A DNA stretch of 64,000 nt, from contig NC_067399.1 of the NCBI RefSeq assembly GCF_016432865.1, positions 567,486,001-567,550,000 on the forward strand, read 5' to 3'. Numbering within the stretch: the first letter of the stretch is position 1; each line of letters begins with the position of its first letter. Below, piece after piece: positions 47,466-61,312 of this stretch. The stretch is from Antechinus flavipes (Eukaryota). The notes below the pieces were generated by a model that saw only the letters and a list, made by a program, of their open reading frames with translations, was not told the origin of the DNA and did no database searches. Made by a program: the position numbers and the translations under genes.

Positions 47466-48059
47466 AAGATTCAAAAAGAGACAGAAAGAGAAAGAGAGAT
47501 AAACAGACAAAGAGAAAGATTATGTGTTGTAGAGTCAGGAAGAGTTTAGTACCTTTAATACTTTTTAGTTGTAACTCCTGGTTAAATTAAAACCTCCAAG
47601 CACAATTCTCTAAGTCTGATCATAGATTTAAAGCTGTGAAGCCATCTAATCCAGCTCTATCATTTTACAGATGAATGAAGACTAGTTATTGGAGAACTAG
47701 TAAATGTCTGAAGCAGTATTTGAATCTGTATCTTACTGATTCCAAAAGTATTCCTATTGCATATCAAAGCTTATCTACTTATCTTCTAAGCAATAAATGT
47801 GCTGTCAAAGCCAGAATTTCCTGAGGCACCCAGGTGACACATTAGAGTGTAAAACTCAAGTCAGGAAGACCCGAGGTTGAATACTATTTCGAATATTGTA
47901 TGATCTTAGAGAAGTCACTTAAATTCTCCTTCCTTAGTTTTCTAATCTATAAAATGGGGATAATTAGAGTCTAATAGAACTGTTGTGAAAATCAAATGAG
48001 GTAATGTTTTAAAGTGTTTTGCAAACAAAGCCCTATATAATTGCTAGCCATTACTTTTG

Positions 48060-48420
48060 TGGAGAAGGGGAGAGAAGAAGAAGGGATGGAGAGGGAAAAG
48101 TGAGATAGAGGAGAGAGGGAGACAGATAAAAAGAAACAGAGAGGCAGAGAGAGAAAGAGAGAGAAACAGACAGAGGCAGAGAGAGAGAGAGAGAGAGAGA
48201 TATGGAGGAAGGGACAGAGGGAATGAGAGAAGGAGTGAGAGAGAAAGAGAGAGAAGAGAAAAGATAGCCACGTAGGCTAAGATAAAATGGAAATTTCCAT
48301 AACACAATATATATGAAGATACATACAAATATATACATATAAATTGCATAAATATACATATACATATGTGTTTATACATATGTACACATAAATCTTTTTA
48401 CACACTCATAAACATACATA
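48060..48420 (+). repeat. GA-rich then TA/CA-rich low-complexity tracts
   Basis: Read directly from sequence. Confidence 0.85.
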
Positions 48421-50009
48421 GTCAGGCAAAACATTTCAGATTCATGAAATAAAAACCTTGCTTGACTTTCCAAATCCTATAGTCCTTCTATAGGGCTTTA
48501 TTAAAGCATTATTTTGTTAATGGTTACTGTAATGACTAGTCCAATGGGGCTTCTACACCCTTCTCTAAAGCACCAAAAACAACCCTATCAGATATGCTCT
48601 TACCCATATTCCCTTATAATATTTCCTAGAATTTAGCAAAGTACATTAAAGTTGGATATTTGTTCCCTTTTTACATATAGGAAAAATGAGGCACTAAGTA
48701 GAACTTCCTGATAAAACAGAGAATGAATCTTTGAATTGTTAGATTTGATAATACTCCAAGAAAAGAGTCCCTGGCCAAAAAACATCTCTCAATTGACTAA
48801 AAGATCTTCCAGTGACATATCTAAGAATGGGACAGAGCAAAGAAAGGGCCTCTTTCTAGGCTCTGGAACACTTACCTGCTTGAAAATATCTAAAAATACA
48901 GAACATATTTCTTCTGGGATAGAGTAGAGAGGGTTGATTTATCTGAGCTTTTTCCACAATGGATAATTTTCTAAGCCCAGTAAGCTCCAGTATTCTGTAT
49001 TGTGAACAAATAGGGATTGTCTTGTGTTTGTTTTCTGCAGACTATAGCCAGATAGGTCCTCTGGCCTGACTCAAGACTGGGTGGGAATTTCCACATCATC
49101 TTTTAAGAGAAAACAATGAATGTACATTTAGCTGTGAGAAGAAACCTCCGAGTTTAGAAGTAGGGGAAAGGGATTATAGGAGGGAAGGCAAGTGACAGGC
49201 ATACCTTGGAGACTGTACTTCTACTTAAATCTTCTCCATATGGCTGGAGTCTGTATTGTTTTGTACCAAAGACTCAAGATTGGGAAGAATCTGATGTCAA
49301 AGATCCAACTCCTGTGTGGGAGATGAACACCAGACCTCTCTTTACCTCTCACTAATAAGACTGTCTGGCCCTGAGGACCACAGCAAGCCAACCTCACTTC
49401 CTTCCTTACCTGTTCATCTCACTCAGCTACCCATTCCGGAATAGAGAGAGACACAAGGACATAACTATAGTATATTTGTCTGAGGAAGAGGATGTTCAGA
49501 GACAGGACCAAGAAGCGGCTGTATTAAGAAATGAAGTGAACGACTTTAGGCAAACCATTTTGATTCTCTGAGCCTCAAATTTCCCAAAAGAAAAGGTAGA
49601 ACTAAGCACTTTCTAAACTCTTTTCTAGCTATAACATTTTGTGATTCCAAGTGAGGAGCAGAAGTTATTCAAGGGAAAGCAAAGATCTCCTTTATACACA
49701 AATGAGCTGCCCAAGAGTTGCTAAGGGAAACCTCACCATTCTGTTTTCTCTGTCAGGCTCCAGAAGGTACATTCAGTCTTTAGTATCATTGAGTAGAAAA
49801 GCCCATTGGTATATCTATGAAAGGGGATGAAGGGAGGAGAGGGAAAAAGAAGAGTTGGATTTGAAATTGTAGAAGATGTAGTGGGGAGTGGTAAGTGGTG
49901 GTATGGAAACAGAGTAGGGACAGTTTCCAGAAGAGATAATCTGGCTGCTTTGATGATTAAAAAAGTCAATGCAATAAAAATCCTGCCCTCAGGAGAAGAG
50001 AAGGAAGAG

Positions 50010-50234
50010 AGGGACACACACACATATACAGAGAGAGAGAGAGAGAGAGACAGAGAGACAGAGAGACAGAGACAGAGAGACAGAGAGACAGAGAATAAGA
50101 GTACTTTTTTCCCTCTCCATAATGTATTTTGAGGTCTGATAGCCCTTGGACAGCTCCAGTCCCAACTCCAAAACTTCAAGCAGCTGATGCTTTTTTTGTG
50201 TTGGCTTCAGGGACAGATACTGACATTCATTCAT

Positions 50235-50291
<57 letters not shown>

Positions 50292-50350
50292 GTCTCTCTT
50301 TCTCTCTCTCTCCTCTTTCCTAATCCTCTGATCCTTTTCTTCTTTCTCTC
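50010..50350. repeat. (GA)n/(GAGACA)n tract and opposing (TC)n tract
   Basis: 50010-50100 purine repeat; 50235-50350 pyrimidine repeat. Confidence 0.85.
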
Positions 50351-50552
50351 TGAAACAAGGAGTTAATGTTAGTACTCTACTTGCATACTTAAAAGTATCT
50401 GACATTCTATTCCTCTCCATTAACAATTGATAAGCTATTTCTAGAATGTGTCTTGTAAAGGGGTTAGATTGGGTTATTATTGGAAAATACCTCATATTAA
50501 AACAAATCTATCAACAAATTTTAAAAAACAAAGATTTTAGTGACAAAACAGA

Positions 50553-50800
50553 ATAGCCAGGAGGCACAGTGGGTAGAACACCAGACCTAGAACCAGGAAA
50601 ACCTGAGTTTAACTCTGGCCTCAGACATTTACTAGATGTGTGACCCTGAGCAAGTCACTTAACCCTGTTTGCCTCAGTTTCCTCATCTATAAAATGAGAT
50701 GGAGAAGGAAATGGCAAACCACTCCAGTATCTCTGCTAAGAAAACTCCGGATAGGATCACAAAGAGTTGAAGACAACTGAAATGAATGAATAACAGCAAA
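50553..50800 (+). mobile_element. MAR1-type CORE-SINE, near full length
   Basis: Head 'ggcacagtgggtagaacacc...acctgagttt', CORE, tail 'ggagaaggaaatggcaaaccactccagtatctctgctaagaaaactcc'. Confidence 0.8.
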
Positions 50801-53800
50801 GAAACAACATATTTATGATTTTCTATGAAGATTATCAACCTTTTTTCACACTGTCCAATTGGTTTTGAAGTCAGGAAGATCTAGATTTAAATTCCAACTC
50901 TAATTCTTACCAGATATATAGCCATGGACAAGTCACTTAACTTCACTGACCAATAGAATATAAGAATAGTGCTCCTTCTTCACAGGATTCTTGTGAGGCT
51001 CAAATAAAATAAAGTATGTGAAGGATTATGCAAAAGATACAAGCAAATAAAGTCAAATTCTCTTTTGAGAGGATGTTATTAATAGTCCATTTAGAAGCAT
51101 TTGCAGTAGATAGTGGAGGGTCTAGACTCTTCATACTCCTGATTGCTGATCCACATCTCTTGGAAAGTGAACAAGTAAGCCAAAATGGAATTTCCTATAT
51201 GTGAGCTGTTGTTATTCTTATTTTTGATGCTGGACTCAAATGAAAATAAAATGCATCTTTTGGACGATGGCATACTGACTCAATAAACATACACATAAAA
51301 GCATTTATAGGTGTATACCTATTGAGGGGAGAGAAATAGAAGACTCCTGATGAAGTTTATACACTGCTAAAAAGAAAGTAGATTCTCTCCTTGATTGCAA
51401 AGTACTTTCTTTACAACAAGCCTCTTAGGTAGTCAAGAGATGAGGAAACTGAGGCACAAGAAGATTATGTGACTTATACAGGATAACACAGTACATAGAT
51501 TGGAGCCAAGATTTAAATTTAAGTCATTTCATTCTAAGATCAGTGTTCTTTACTCTAGATTATAGGACCATAATTTCTTTTATTCAATCTGGTTGTCTTG
51601 TAATGTACCAAGTCAGTTAGGTGGTACGTTGATAGAACATGAAAGAAAGACCTACGTTCAAAACATGCCTCATACTCTTATTAGTATGATTCTAAGTAAT
51701 TAATTTACCTTCTGTTTGCCTCAGTTTTCTCTTCTGTAAAATGAGAATAATAATAATAGCACCTACCTACTTACGATGTAGGCTATCATAAAGACAAAAT
51801 GAGATAATATTTGTAAAGTGTCCTACAAATCTCAAAGCATTATATAAATGCTAGTTATTATTTTTTGTTATCACAAATTATTTCTTCATAACAATTCTGT
51901 TATTCAATCTTTCAAATAATTTGTCCCAAGTGAAGCACAATGTTTCTTTTGTTTTTGTGCAAAAAGCTTATAACAGAGGTTTTATCATGGTCCTCAGATA
52001 CCAATGTTATCATGGAATTCAACAATGTCACATGTTTTTCTTCAATGCTCCCCCAAAGTCTGCCCAATACTGATATTTGTCTGTGTTACCTTTTATCTCC
52101 CAGGCTCTACATCCATAGTCACTCAGAGCAATACTCTCTACATTCAAATTGTGGCAGGAAATTTCTGCAAGCATTCTATACAAGAAGGTCCACTATCCCT
52201 GAGGCTCTTTCTTCATTGGTCTTTGGTCTAGATATAGGTACCCTAAAACCTATTCATCTCTATACCCTTTAAAAGAATTTCCATTTCTTTTCTAGTCAAG
52301 GAAAAGGGACCCCCAAAACACAGTTCTTATTATAGATCCTCTACTCATATTCCAGGAGGAAAGGGTGAACTGGTGTCAAAGAGTATGAAGAGAATCTTTT
52401 TATACCTGTATAATAATGAACCAAGGTTCATCTTGAAGTCTCAAAATCATCCTAACCTCCATAGAGATGTAATTTTGAAGGCTAAAGAAGACACTAGAGA
52501 AAAACTCTTACTCCTATGCTTTATCAGAATTTGACTTTGCCCAGAATTCAACTGAGACTTCCAATATTTAGACATTTTTTTAATTTCCCAGTATGTCTTC
52601 CCAGACTCCTGAGAGCCATTCTCCCTGCAGACAGGCTTAGATCTTTGGCCTGAGCAGAAAGGGCTGTGAGCCGTTATGTCCAGCTAATGATCTGCAGTGG
52701 GATGGAAATGAACACTGACAGCTCCTGACTTGTGCCCTTGTTATCCTGGAAAAGAAACACGAAGGCATTTTTCAAAAGCATGCAGACTCCCAGAGAGTCT
52801 GGCAGGCAAACCACACACTTGCCTGCAGCCCACCCACTGCCCAAGACATAGTCAACTCTGCCCACTTCCCAGAGAGGTTATGCTCTCTTAATTCCTTCTT
52901 CCATATAGGAAGGGATAAGGGAGTAAAATAGGATAGGCATAGGATCTCACTTGTAGGGGTAAATTAGAAGTGTAAAAAAAGACTACAAGAGGAAATGATA
53001 AAGAGAAAACAAAGTGGCAAAGAGGAGTAGGAAGATTTTTTTCATATTAATCTTTGTTGCGCCTCTACTGCCTAGAACAGGGACACAATCTGGATCCACA
53101 AACTTGATTTTTTTTAAAAAGCATCTTTTCCAATGTAATCAGTTTCCCTTGCAATTCTATTTTTATATGAATTTTTAAAATTCCTCTCTCCTCCCAAGGA
53201 GATATCTACGAGTTTTATCAGACTATCAAAGAGTTCCATGACACGAAAAGTTTTAAAACTCTTGGGCTAAATGCATTACTCATAGTCATTAATAAATGGT
53301 GAATTAAGTTGACCAAAGAGTGGTAAGAATAATAAAAAGAGGGGATAGAAATGGAAAAAAAGGGAATAGAATATAAGAGCAAAGAGAGAAAGTAGAAGGG
53401 AAGAGAGACAGACATGAAAAGAAGCACTTGGATGAGAGATCTTGTCTGCCAGAGTGTGAAATATGGCAGGTAGACCCTAAGAGCATTCCTCACATTCTGT
53501 GCTACTACTCTGGAGAAAAAGGCCCTCTCTGGAGCATCTCCAAGGAGACAACAGGCTGGCAGACCAGCCCTGCCTCCTAATGGGGGCTTCTCTCTCCCTC
53601 TTTCACCTGCTTTCGCTTAGCTGCTGCGCAGAAAAAGAAAAGTATACATCTCAGTCTTCTTTCTGAGATTCTCAGGACATAGCAGAGCATCTTTCCTCAG
53701 GGTCTTAAGAGAGCAGTTTGTTCTCCTGGAAGAAGCCCAACTCCTCATGGGGACTAAAGGATAAAGGTATAAGAAAAGAAGTGGGGTGGAAGCCACAAAT

Positions 53801-54999
53801 CTGCCCACATTTTATAAATAGAAGGCTAGGAAATAATACTGCACACTCTTTCCCTAGCCTCCTGTCCTTATTCCCATCTTGGTTTAGGGAACCTCAAGGG
53901 CAATATTCACAGAACAGCCTGACGTCATGGACAGAGACCTTCAGAGTATAAGTAACTGGACCCATTATGCATTTCCAAATGTGAAGTTTGAGCCTGAATT
54001 TCTCATTTCTCATGCCAGGGATCATATTTTTAAGATAATGGGACCTCATTGATGTCCAGTGATTATTGGGACGTTGCTCCCTCAACCTGCAAGGTCTCTT
54101 GCCAACTTTAGTAGAATTCAAATCAACAGAGAATTGAAAGCAAGAAGTTGCAATTATTTCTCCTAATCTGGAGAAAGAGGTCCTTTTCCCCTTTCCCATC
54201 ATTTTACCTGCCTCTCCTAGGTCCAAATGAACAGGATAGTTCCTAAATAGCAAGACCTTAATATTCACATTAGTGTGTGTGTGTGTCTATGTATTTAAAT
54301 CACTAATGTTTCTATAGGCTCTACAAAACCAGTTATTTCAATCTCCATTCTGGCTGAAGCTACAGAGGCCACTCCTCCCGTCTCCCCAGCCCTATATAGG
54401 CCCAGGATACCCACTCCCAAATGGGGGAGAAAACTGAAGGGGAAAGCCGGGTTAATTTCAAGGTTCATTAGAAACTCCAGGGGGAAATGAATGTTTGCCA
54501 AATAGGAAAGGAAAAGACACAATCAATAAAAAGAGAAATGCTGTTTTCACACTCCTCAGCTCGAGGGTATTATGAACAATAGAGACCTAAGAATTCAATG
54601 TGATAAATAAAGGGATAGGAACATCATTGTGTCCCAGCAATACAAGCCCTGAGCTGCCATTCAGTCGGAGCAGAAGTAAATCTCTGGTGTCTGTTGGCTC
54701 ACAGCTAACAGCAGCAATGCTGGGCAGGTGGTGGGTAAAGGGAGAAGATGGATGGGTATTCTTTAGCAAAGGGATCAGGGGAGCCTTTAGAGACTACTGT
54801 GCCTCGACCAGACCAACAAAGCCATCTAATCACAAGTCTTTCATCTGGCAATGGGAGAATTCAGGGAAGTCTAGGGAAGGAAAAACAGGATTTAGCCACA
54901 TCAGCTACCTTTCCAGTTTTATTATATGCTATGTTCTTTTGTACACTCCATGGTCCAGATAAATGGACCTTTTTTTGTTATTCTGCACATGTGATTTCT

Positions 55000-55300
55000 C
55001 ATCTCAATATCTTTTCATAAACTGTCTTCCACTCTCCTTTCTCATATCCTTACACTACCTCTTGGACTCCCCAATTTTATTCAAAGCTCAAATCCAAGAC
55101 TGTCTCCTCTTCCAAAAAAACTCTTGTATTCATACTATTATTTTATATACTTTTCTATATTTTTATGTATGCACATGTTCCCCCTGATAAAATGTGGGTT
55201 ACTTGAAGGCAGAATCTTTTTTGTTTTCACATTTGTCCTTGAATTCTTAGTACTTAGTAAGTATTTAATAAAGAGCTCATTGGTCGATTGATTGGTTGAT
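55000..55300 (+). mobile_element. L2 3' terminus
   Basis: 'ttcaaagctcaaatccaagactgtctcctcttcc...gttacttgaaggcagaatc...taagtatttaataaagagctcattgg..gattgattgg'. Confidence 0.65.
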
Positions 55301-56934
55301 AATGACATGACAAAGACAATGGTCAGGAAGTGAGCTCCAAGAAAATCTTTTCTTGGACAGAAAGCCCACTCCATGACCACAGAAGAGAATTTTAGGGCCC
55401 CTGCTAAAACTAGAAGCTGTGGACACACAGCCATCATCCCATTTGTCCCCATCACAAACCCCTGGGAATTTAGCTCAATTAACAGGCTCAGACAAGAGCC
55501 TAGTCTGGGCACCACAGGGCAGACACAAGAAGCATAAACCGAGAGGCCAGTGACCCTGGCAGCTGCTAGAAGTTACAAATAAGAGGCTACAAGAATACAC
55601 CAGGATCCCAAGAGAAGTCATTCTCTCTCCCTGTGCACTCTGCAATTGGCCTGTTAGGATAACCAAAAGAGTGAGAAATCTGTTAAGTGGGATGAGTGGG
55701 TAATTTCCAAAAAGGAGTAAAATCCTACAGCTACCAGGGTTTTGTAATGCCCTTGTCACCTCCTTTCTTATCTACTTGCCTTCCAGGTTCTATGGTCAGT
55801 AAGCACAGTGCCACTCAGTCCATTTATCTCTGTCTCCTGATTCTTTGTTCACAAAAAACCATATAACTCAATTCCTCTACAGTTCTGGCTACTTTTCCAC
55901 ATTCCTTTCTTTCTGTGTATGAGTTTAGAGGTTAGTGTCTGATCCCGCCCAACCTCTCCTTACTCTTCTATGGTTTGTTGCTTGTTTAATTTGTTAATAA
56001 TGTTTGGACCTTTCCTTTTTCTGTAATTCGTATTGTACCCCAATGATAGCTATAAGGAATGTTATTTCATTTCAGAAATATAATCTGGGGGGAAACAGCA
56101 TTAGAAGCTATGGAGAAAGAACAATGATTATGGGACTGAAATTGTCAAATCATTTATTCAAAAGTCTAGTGTTGTACATAGAGGGCTGGTCTTGGAGTCA
56201 GAAAGGGAGGGCTTCATATCTCAACTCTCACACCAGCTATGTGGCCCTGGGAAAAGCTTTTCACTTCTGGGTGCCTTAAGTAACTCCTTAGGATTAAGTC
56301 AAGAAGAGATTCTGTTGCTTCCTCCTAGAGGTCCACACCTTGACTATTTATAAGTTTATTTGAATAGTCAACAAATATTTATCCATTACCTACTACTGTA
56401 AGATGCTGACTAGGCAACCTGCAAGAAGTCATAAAGTCCACCCTATTGCTCCTGTGTGGTACAATGAGTAATGCATCTAGAACCATGGAAACAGGGTTCA
56501 ACTTAACTAGTCTTGGACAAGTCACTTCACCTTTTTTCTTATCAGTAAAATGAGAAGATTGAACATGTTAATCTCAGAGGTCGTTCTGAACTCTAAATCT
56601 CTGAATCCAGAATGGAACATCCTCAGCCTCTCCAGTCAGTGGAGAAGCCTTTACATAATTCATATTGATCATTAGGCAAGAAACTGAACAAACACTCTTA
56701 ACAGCCAGTTTCTGTTGTACTGCTTTACCCCAATTTCCTTACCCTTGATTTCTTGGATTAGCCAAAAGGAAGAAAAAGATGTTTTTAGAGCAAAAGGGGG
56801 CTTTTAGAGAGTAAGCACTTGATGTAGAGTTAGAAGACTTGGATTTAAATTCCACCCCAATAGATAATACTTGCCTAACCTTGGACAAAAAACTCCTATT
56901 GGCTTCAATGCTCTCATCAATAATTAATTAAGAG

Positions 56935-57073
56935 GGGGCAGCGAGGTAGTACGGTGGGATAAAGCACCAGCCCTGAAGTCAGGAGGACCTGAGTTCAAAT
57001 CAGGCCTCAAATCAAAACACTTCCCAGCTGTGTGACCCTGAGCAAGTCACTCCTCAGCAAATAAATAAATAAG
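56935..57073 (+). mobile_element. WSINE1-like short SINE
   Basis: 'ggggcagcgaggtag...aaagcaccagccctgaagtcaggaggacctgagttcaaat...aacacttcccagctgtgtgaccctgagcaagtcac..ctcagcaaataaataaat'. Confidence 0.8.
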
Positions 57074-59354
57074 AAATACTTAGTACATATAATCTAGGTG
57101 TTGGGCACTGGGAACATAAAAAAGGCATAAATGAAACATCCTCTGCCCCCTCTTATCTCCACTACCAATCTCCCAAAAGCTTCAGTACCTCCTTGCTAAC
57201 CTGAAATAATTGCCAGCATCAGCTAGCGAGAGGAGATTGCTATAACCCTAAAATGCTGCTTTAGAAGCCAACTGCAACTAGAATGGAATCGAGCACCACC
57301 TTCTGGTCACTCAGGAAAAGGGGAAGGTTGAGATAGAGCTGATGGAGCTCTGAGTCGTTTCTCATGCCTGTTTAAAGAATTGGTTCTTTGTTTATCTCTC
57401 AGGCACTTGCTGGGTTTGGACGAGCTAAAATGGAACATTAAAAGGTAAGTGGTATGGTAACCAAATAAACAAAGCTGGGGGGAGGGTTGTCCAGGAGTAT
57501 TCAATGGGAAGAAAGGAGAACAGGGTTTGGGGATAGAAGTAGAAATGTTTTGGGAAAGAGTTGGGACATATGAAAGGAACGGTGATAGACTCTGCAGAGC
57601 TTAGGACTGAGAAAATAATGGTAAATATGGATCAGTTATCAGAGGGCCATTGGAAAAGGTGAGGCTAAAAGGGAAGATGGATAAGGTCTTTGGGGCTCAG
57701 TTTCCTCATCTGTGAAATAGGGTTTGGGCAGATTAAAGGAGGTCTAAATTCACTTCTAAGTCTAAATTCTTTGATTTTTTAAAAAGAAAATAACTCAGGT
57801 CAGAGCCAGTCATGAGGACAAGAGTATGGGGCTGGGATGGAGAGATTGAAAGATTCACCCTCCTTGGTGAGCTATAGGATTGATGAGATAGTCTTGCCCT
57901 GTAACCTTGAACTATCTTCCCTCTCCAAATCTGGCAACGTCTAGAAAGAGATCCCATTCCAGGGTAACGTCCTTCTCTTCTCTTCTGGATGATGAAACTT
58001 GTATGTTGGGAATGTATGGCAGAGTTGGAGGAGACAGAGACCTGACTTTGAATCCTGTCTGAAACAAGAACTATTAGACCATGGGTGTGCTCCTTAAACA
58101 TTCCAAGCCCAAGTTCCTTCATCTGTAATTGGGGACCAAAAAAAACTATGGACCTCCCTCATAGAATCATTGGGGGGATCAAATAGGATGTCTGTTAGAG
58201 CATTCTTAAAGTGGAATATAAATGTCAGTTCTTATTATTGGCTCAGTTGCCTCTAGGGTTAGTACAGAAGCAGAACCATAGGTGGGCAAGGTAGAAATGG
58301 CCTAAAACACAACACACAAATCAGGGAATTCCATTCTCCACTGAACAAAGGCATTGGGCTTGTGCTAAATCAAGCTACTTGTGTTTCAGTGAAAATTCAA
58401 GGAAGGAAGACAACAAGCATTTATTAAGCCCTCACTAGGAGTCAGATCTAGCATCTGATGGACAGTAGCACAACTTAGAAAAGAAGGCATCACAGTGCAA
58501 GGATTAGAGAGATGTGTTTAATTTTTAGAGCTTACCTAGGGACAGCTAAGTGGCTCAAAGGATAGAGTTCTAGGCCTGAAGTCAGGAAGTCCTGAGTTCA
58601 AATCCAGTCTTAGATATTTACTAACTCATCTAGGTAGCACAAATATCTCATCTTTCCTCTGGAAACATGTTTCTATTCCCTCCACACCTCCCAGCATCAG
58701 TGTCTAGTTATATGACCTTGGACAAATAATGATTCTCAGTCTCAGAATGTTCATCTACAAAACAGCTAGTAGATTTGGAACAAGGTAAGACTTGTCATAT
58801 CATTCCTCTAATTTTTATTAGTTATTTCAATATGAGCAAGTAATTTTATCTCTAAATTTCTGTTTTCTCACCTGTAAAATGGGGCTAATTGTGATAATGT
58901 CTGCCACACAAGGCTGTTGAGAGTACCAAGTAGAAAAAATATGTAAAACTCTTTATAAAGCATTTTAAAATAATTTGTAAAGTTTAGTAATTCATTCATT
59001 AATATCATTATCATTGATAATGATGATGACAAACAATCAGTCTTAACTTCAAGTTAAGAACTCTAACACATACAGGCTATTTACAAGTCTTTACATTGAC
59101 CTCAAAGAAACTCTCTATGACTATGAATTGCAGAAAAGATATCAAAGAGCTTTTACCCATAGTTCCCTCACTACAAGGAACCCTTAAAATCTATGATGAA
59201 ATGTTTATATGAGCAAGTTACTGAGATAAGTGTGGAAGGAGACAGAAAAAAATTAGTTCCTACCCTTAAGGAACTTTCCATTTTACTTATATTCATAGAA
59301 TTGTTGTGAGAAAGTTGCTGTATAAATATTAATTTTTGCTATTGTTTAATGACC

Positions 59355-59535
59355 CCATTTGGAGCTTTTTTAAACAAAGATATTGGAGTGGTTTGTCATT
59401 TTCTTTTATAGATGAAGAAACTGAAATAATCAGGATTAAAGTGATTTACTGAAAATCACACAGTTAGTAAGCATCGAAGGTCACATTTGAATTCAGGTCT
59501 TCCAGCACTTTATCCATTGAGCCACCTAGCTGCCA
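59355..59535 (-). mobile_element. MAR1-type CORE-SINE
   Basis: 'accccatttggagc...aaagatattggagtggtttgtcatttt...gatgaagaaactga...ttatccattgagccacctagctgcc'. Confidence 0.75.
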
Positions 59536-60389
59536 CCACTTAAATCTTAAAGTACTGTGTAAATGTGAAGAACTTTCTAGCTTTTAGAGTTGGAAGCCAA
59601 CAGAGTGTTCAACCAATGGGTTTTGTGGTCTGGGCAAATCCAAAAGAGATATGATAGAGGGGGAGGGGGCAGGGAGTGTAGAGAAGAACCAAATAAGAGT
59701 TTCAGTGTATTTTTAATTAAGTGAATAACAGGCTCAGAGATAAATGCTCCACTGCATACTAATTTCCGTGTAACATCTTCTCTGAGTCATCATCTCCCAA
59801 ACTTTTTATAATAAGACAGTTGCCCTGGTCACCAGCAAGGGACCTTCATCCTTCCCTCCTACCCCCATCCTCTTTCCCCCCAATTTTCCACCTACTCTCT
59901 CTTCAAATTGGTTCAAGTTAGTGATCCAGCCAGGTTTTGCTTCTCATTTGCCAACCTGCTGCTCTGGCATTTCTGGGCTCTCTGTCACCCCCCCCACCTC
60001 CAAATTTTGAGTCATGGCTCAATAGCCTCCTCCAACCATCCTACTGCATTGAGGGTGTGAGGGGAACAGGAAGGAGGGGGAAGAAGCCTGTACTCAATGG
60101 GAAAGATTGTTGCCAGGGTGGATGATGATTGTGCTCCTCGCCTACTGAGGAAGGCTCTAAGTAAGCCAGTGGAAAAAGTCAGCATCTCTCTCTGAGGCAT
60201 TCATTATTCAGAACTTCCCACAGCCTTGTGCTGCCATGGTGGGTTGGGCTGGGGAAGAGATCTGTCAGCAGCACCAGGGAGAACCAAGATTTTTTTGTCT
60301 CCTCTGCCTTGACCCTTTTAAGCTATATCAGGTAACCCTGAGACAGGAGTTAGAAAGGCATACTGCCGATCCACTTAAAACTATACACT

Positions 60390-60640
60390 CTGAATCAGTC
60401 AAAAAATATTTATTAAGCCCTTATTGTGTGCCACCAGATAGCATGCTAAATTCTGGAGATACAAAAAAGGAACAAAAATAACCCCTGACCTCAAAGAGAT
60501 TACATTCTAATGGAAGAGATCAGAACATAAAAGGCAGCTTCAGAGTACAGTGAAGGTAACATGATGAAGGTTGAGATAAATTTAGAAAGGAGAGAGTATG
60601 TCAGTGAGTATATATCAGAGGGAAATGGGGTCTGATCTGA
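60390..60640 (-). mobile_element. L2 3' end (marsupial L2)
   Basis: 'agtcaaaaaatatttattaagcccttattgtgtgccacc...ggagatacaaaaaagg...cctgacctcaaagagattacattctaatgg'. Confidence 0.7.
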
Positions 60641-60654
60641 AGGGGATGGGGAAA

Positions 60655-60975
60655 GCAAAAAGAGAGATTCAGACCTTAGGCAGGGAAGGAAGGGAGGCAA
60701 GGAAGATGAGAAAGAGTAAAAGAAAGAAGAGGAGAGAGAAAAGAAGAAAAGAGAAAAGAGGAGAGGAGAAAGACAGGAGTGGAGAGAAGAAAAGAGAAAT
60801 GAAGGAGAAAAACAGAAGAGGGGAGGGAAAAGAGAGGAAAGAAGAAGAGGGGAAGGGAAGAGGAAAGGAGAGGGAGGGGAAAAGGAGGAGAGATGAAGGA
60901 GAGGCAAGGAAAAGAGAAGAGAGAAAGGGAGAAGAGAGGATGAGAAATGAAAGGAGAGGACAGGAGAGGAGAAGA
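60655..60975 (+). repeat. Polypurine (GA-rich) low-complexity tract, ~320 nt
   Basis: Read directly from sequence. Confidence 0.9.
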
Positions 60976-61171
60976 TATATTATTAAAACCATCTCCAACC
61001 AATTCAGGAAATCTGATTGTTAAATTTTCAATGTGAGCGTTTGTATTTTGGAAATCAATAGATCAGTTAGATTTATTGTTTTGATGATCACTTAAAGAAA
61101 GTGATGAAGGAAATGCTAATAATGAAAATCAAATGCACAAATATGTCTTTTAAATAAAAATAAAAATTAGT

Positions 61172-61312
61172 GGGGCATCTAGATCGTGTAGTGAATAAAG
61201 AACCAACCCTGAATTCAGGAGGACTGGAGTTCAAAGCTGAACTCAGACATTTAACATTTCCTAGCTGTGTGACCTTGGGCAAGCTACTTAACCCCAATTG
61301 CCTCAAAAAAAT
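61172..61312 (+). mobile_element. WSINE1-like short SINE
   Basis: 'ggggcatctag...ccctgaattcaggaggactggagttcaaa...catttaacatttcctagctgtgtgaccttgggcaag..acttaaccccaattgcctcaaaaaa'. Confidence 0.8.

Noticed and set aside
60042-60059. Minus-strand peptide HTLNAV, identical to six residues of the next human TrkC exon (LHTLNAVDMEL)
   Set aside because: It lies upstream of the gene in the wrong order, the flanking residues do not match (PPPSCSP...GWLEE), and there are no exon-like splice boundaries. A 6-aa hit against a long protein over six frames is expected by chance.
60267-60287. RE1-like AGCAGCACCAGGGAGAACCAA
   Set aside because: Mismatches at key positions in both halves; weaker than the 41737 candidate.
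60500-61023. Highly charged or hydrophobic ORFs of 108-141 aa
   Set aside because: They are direct translations of the GA-rich tract.
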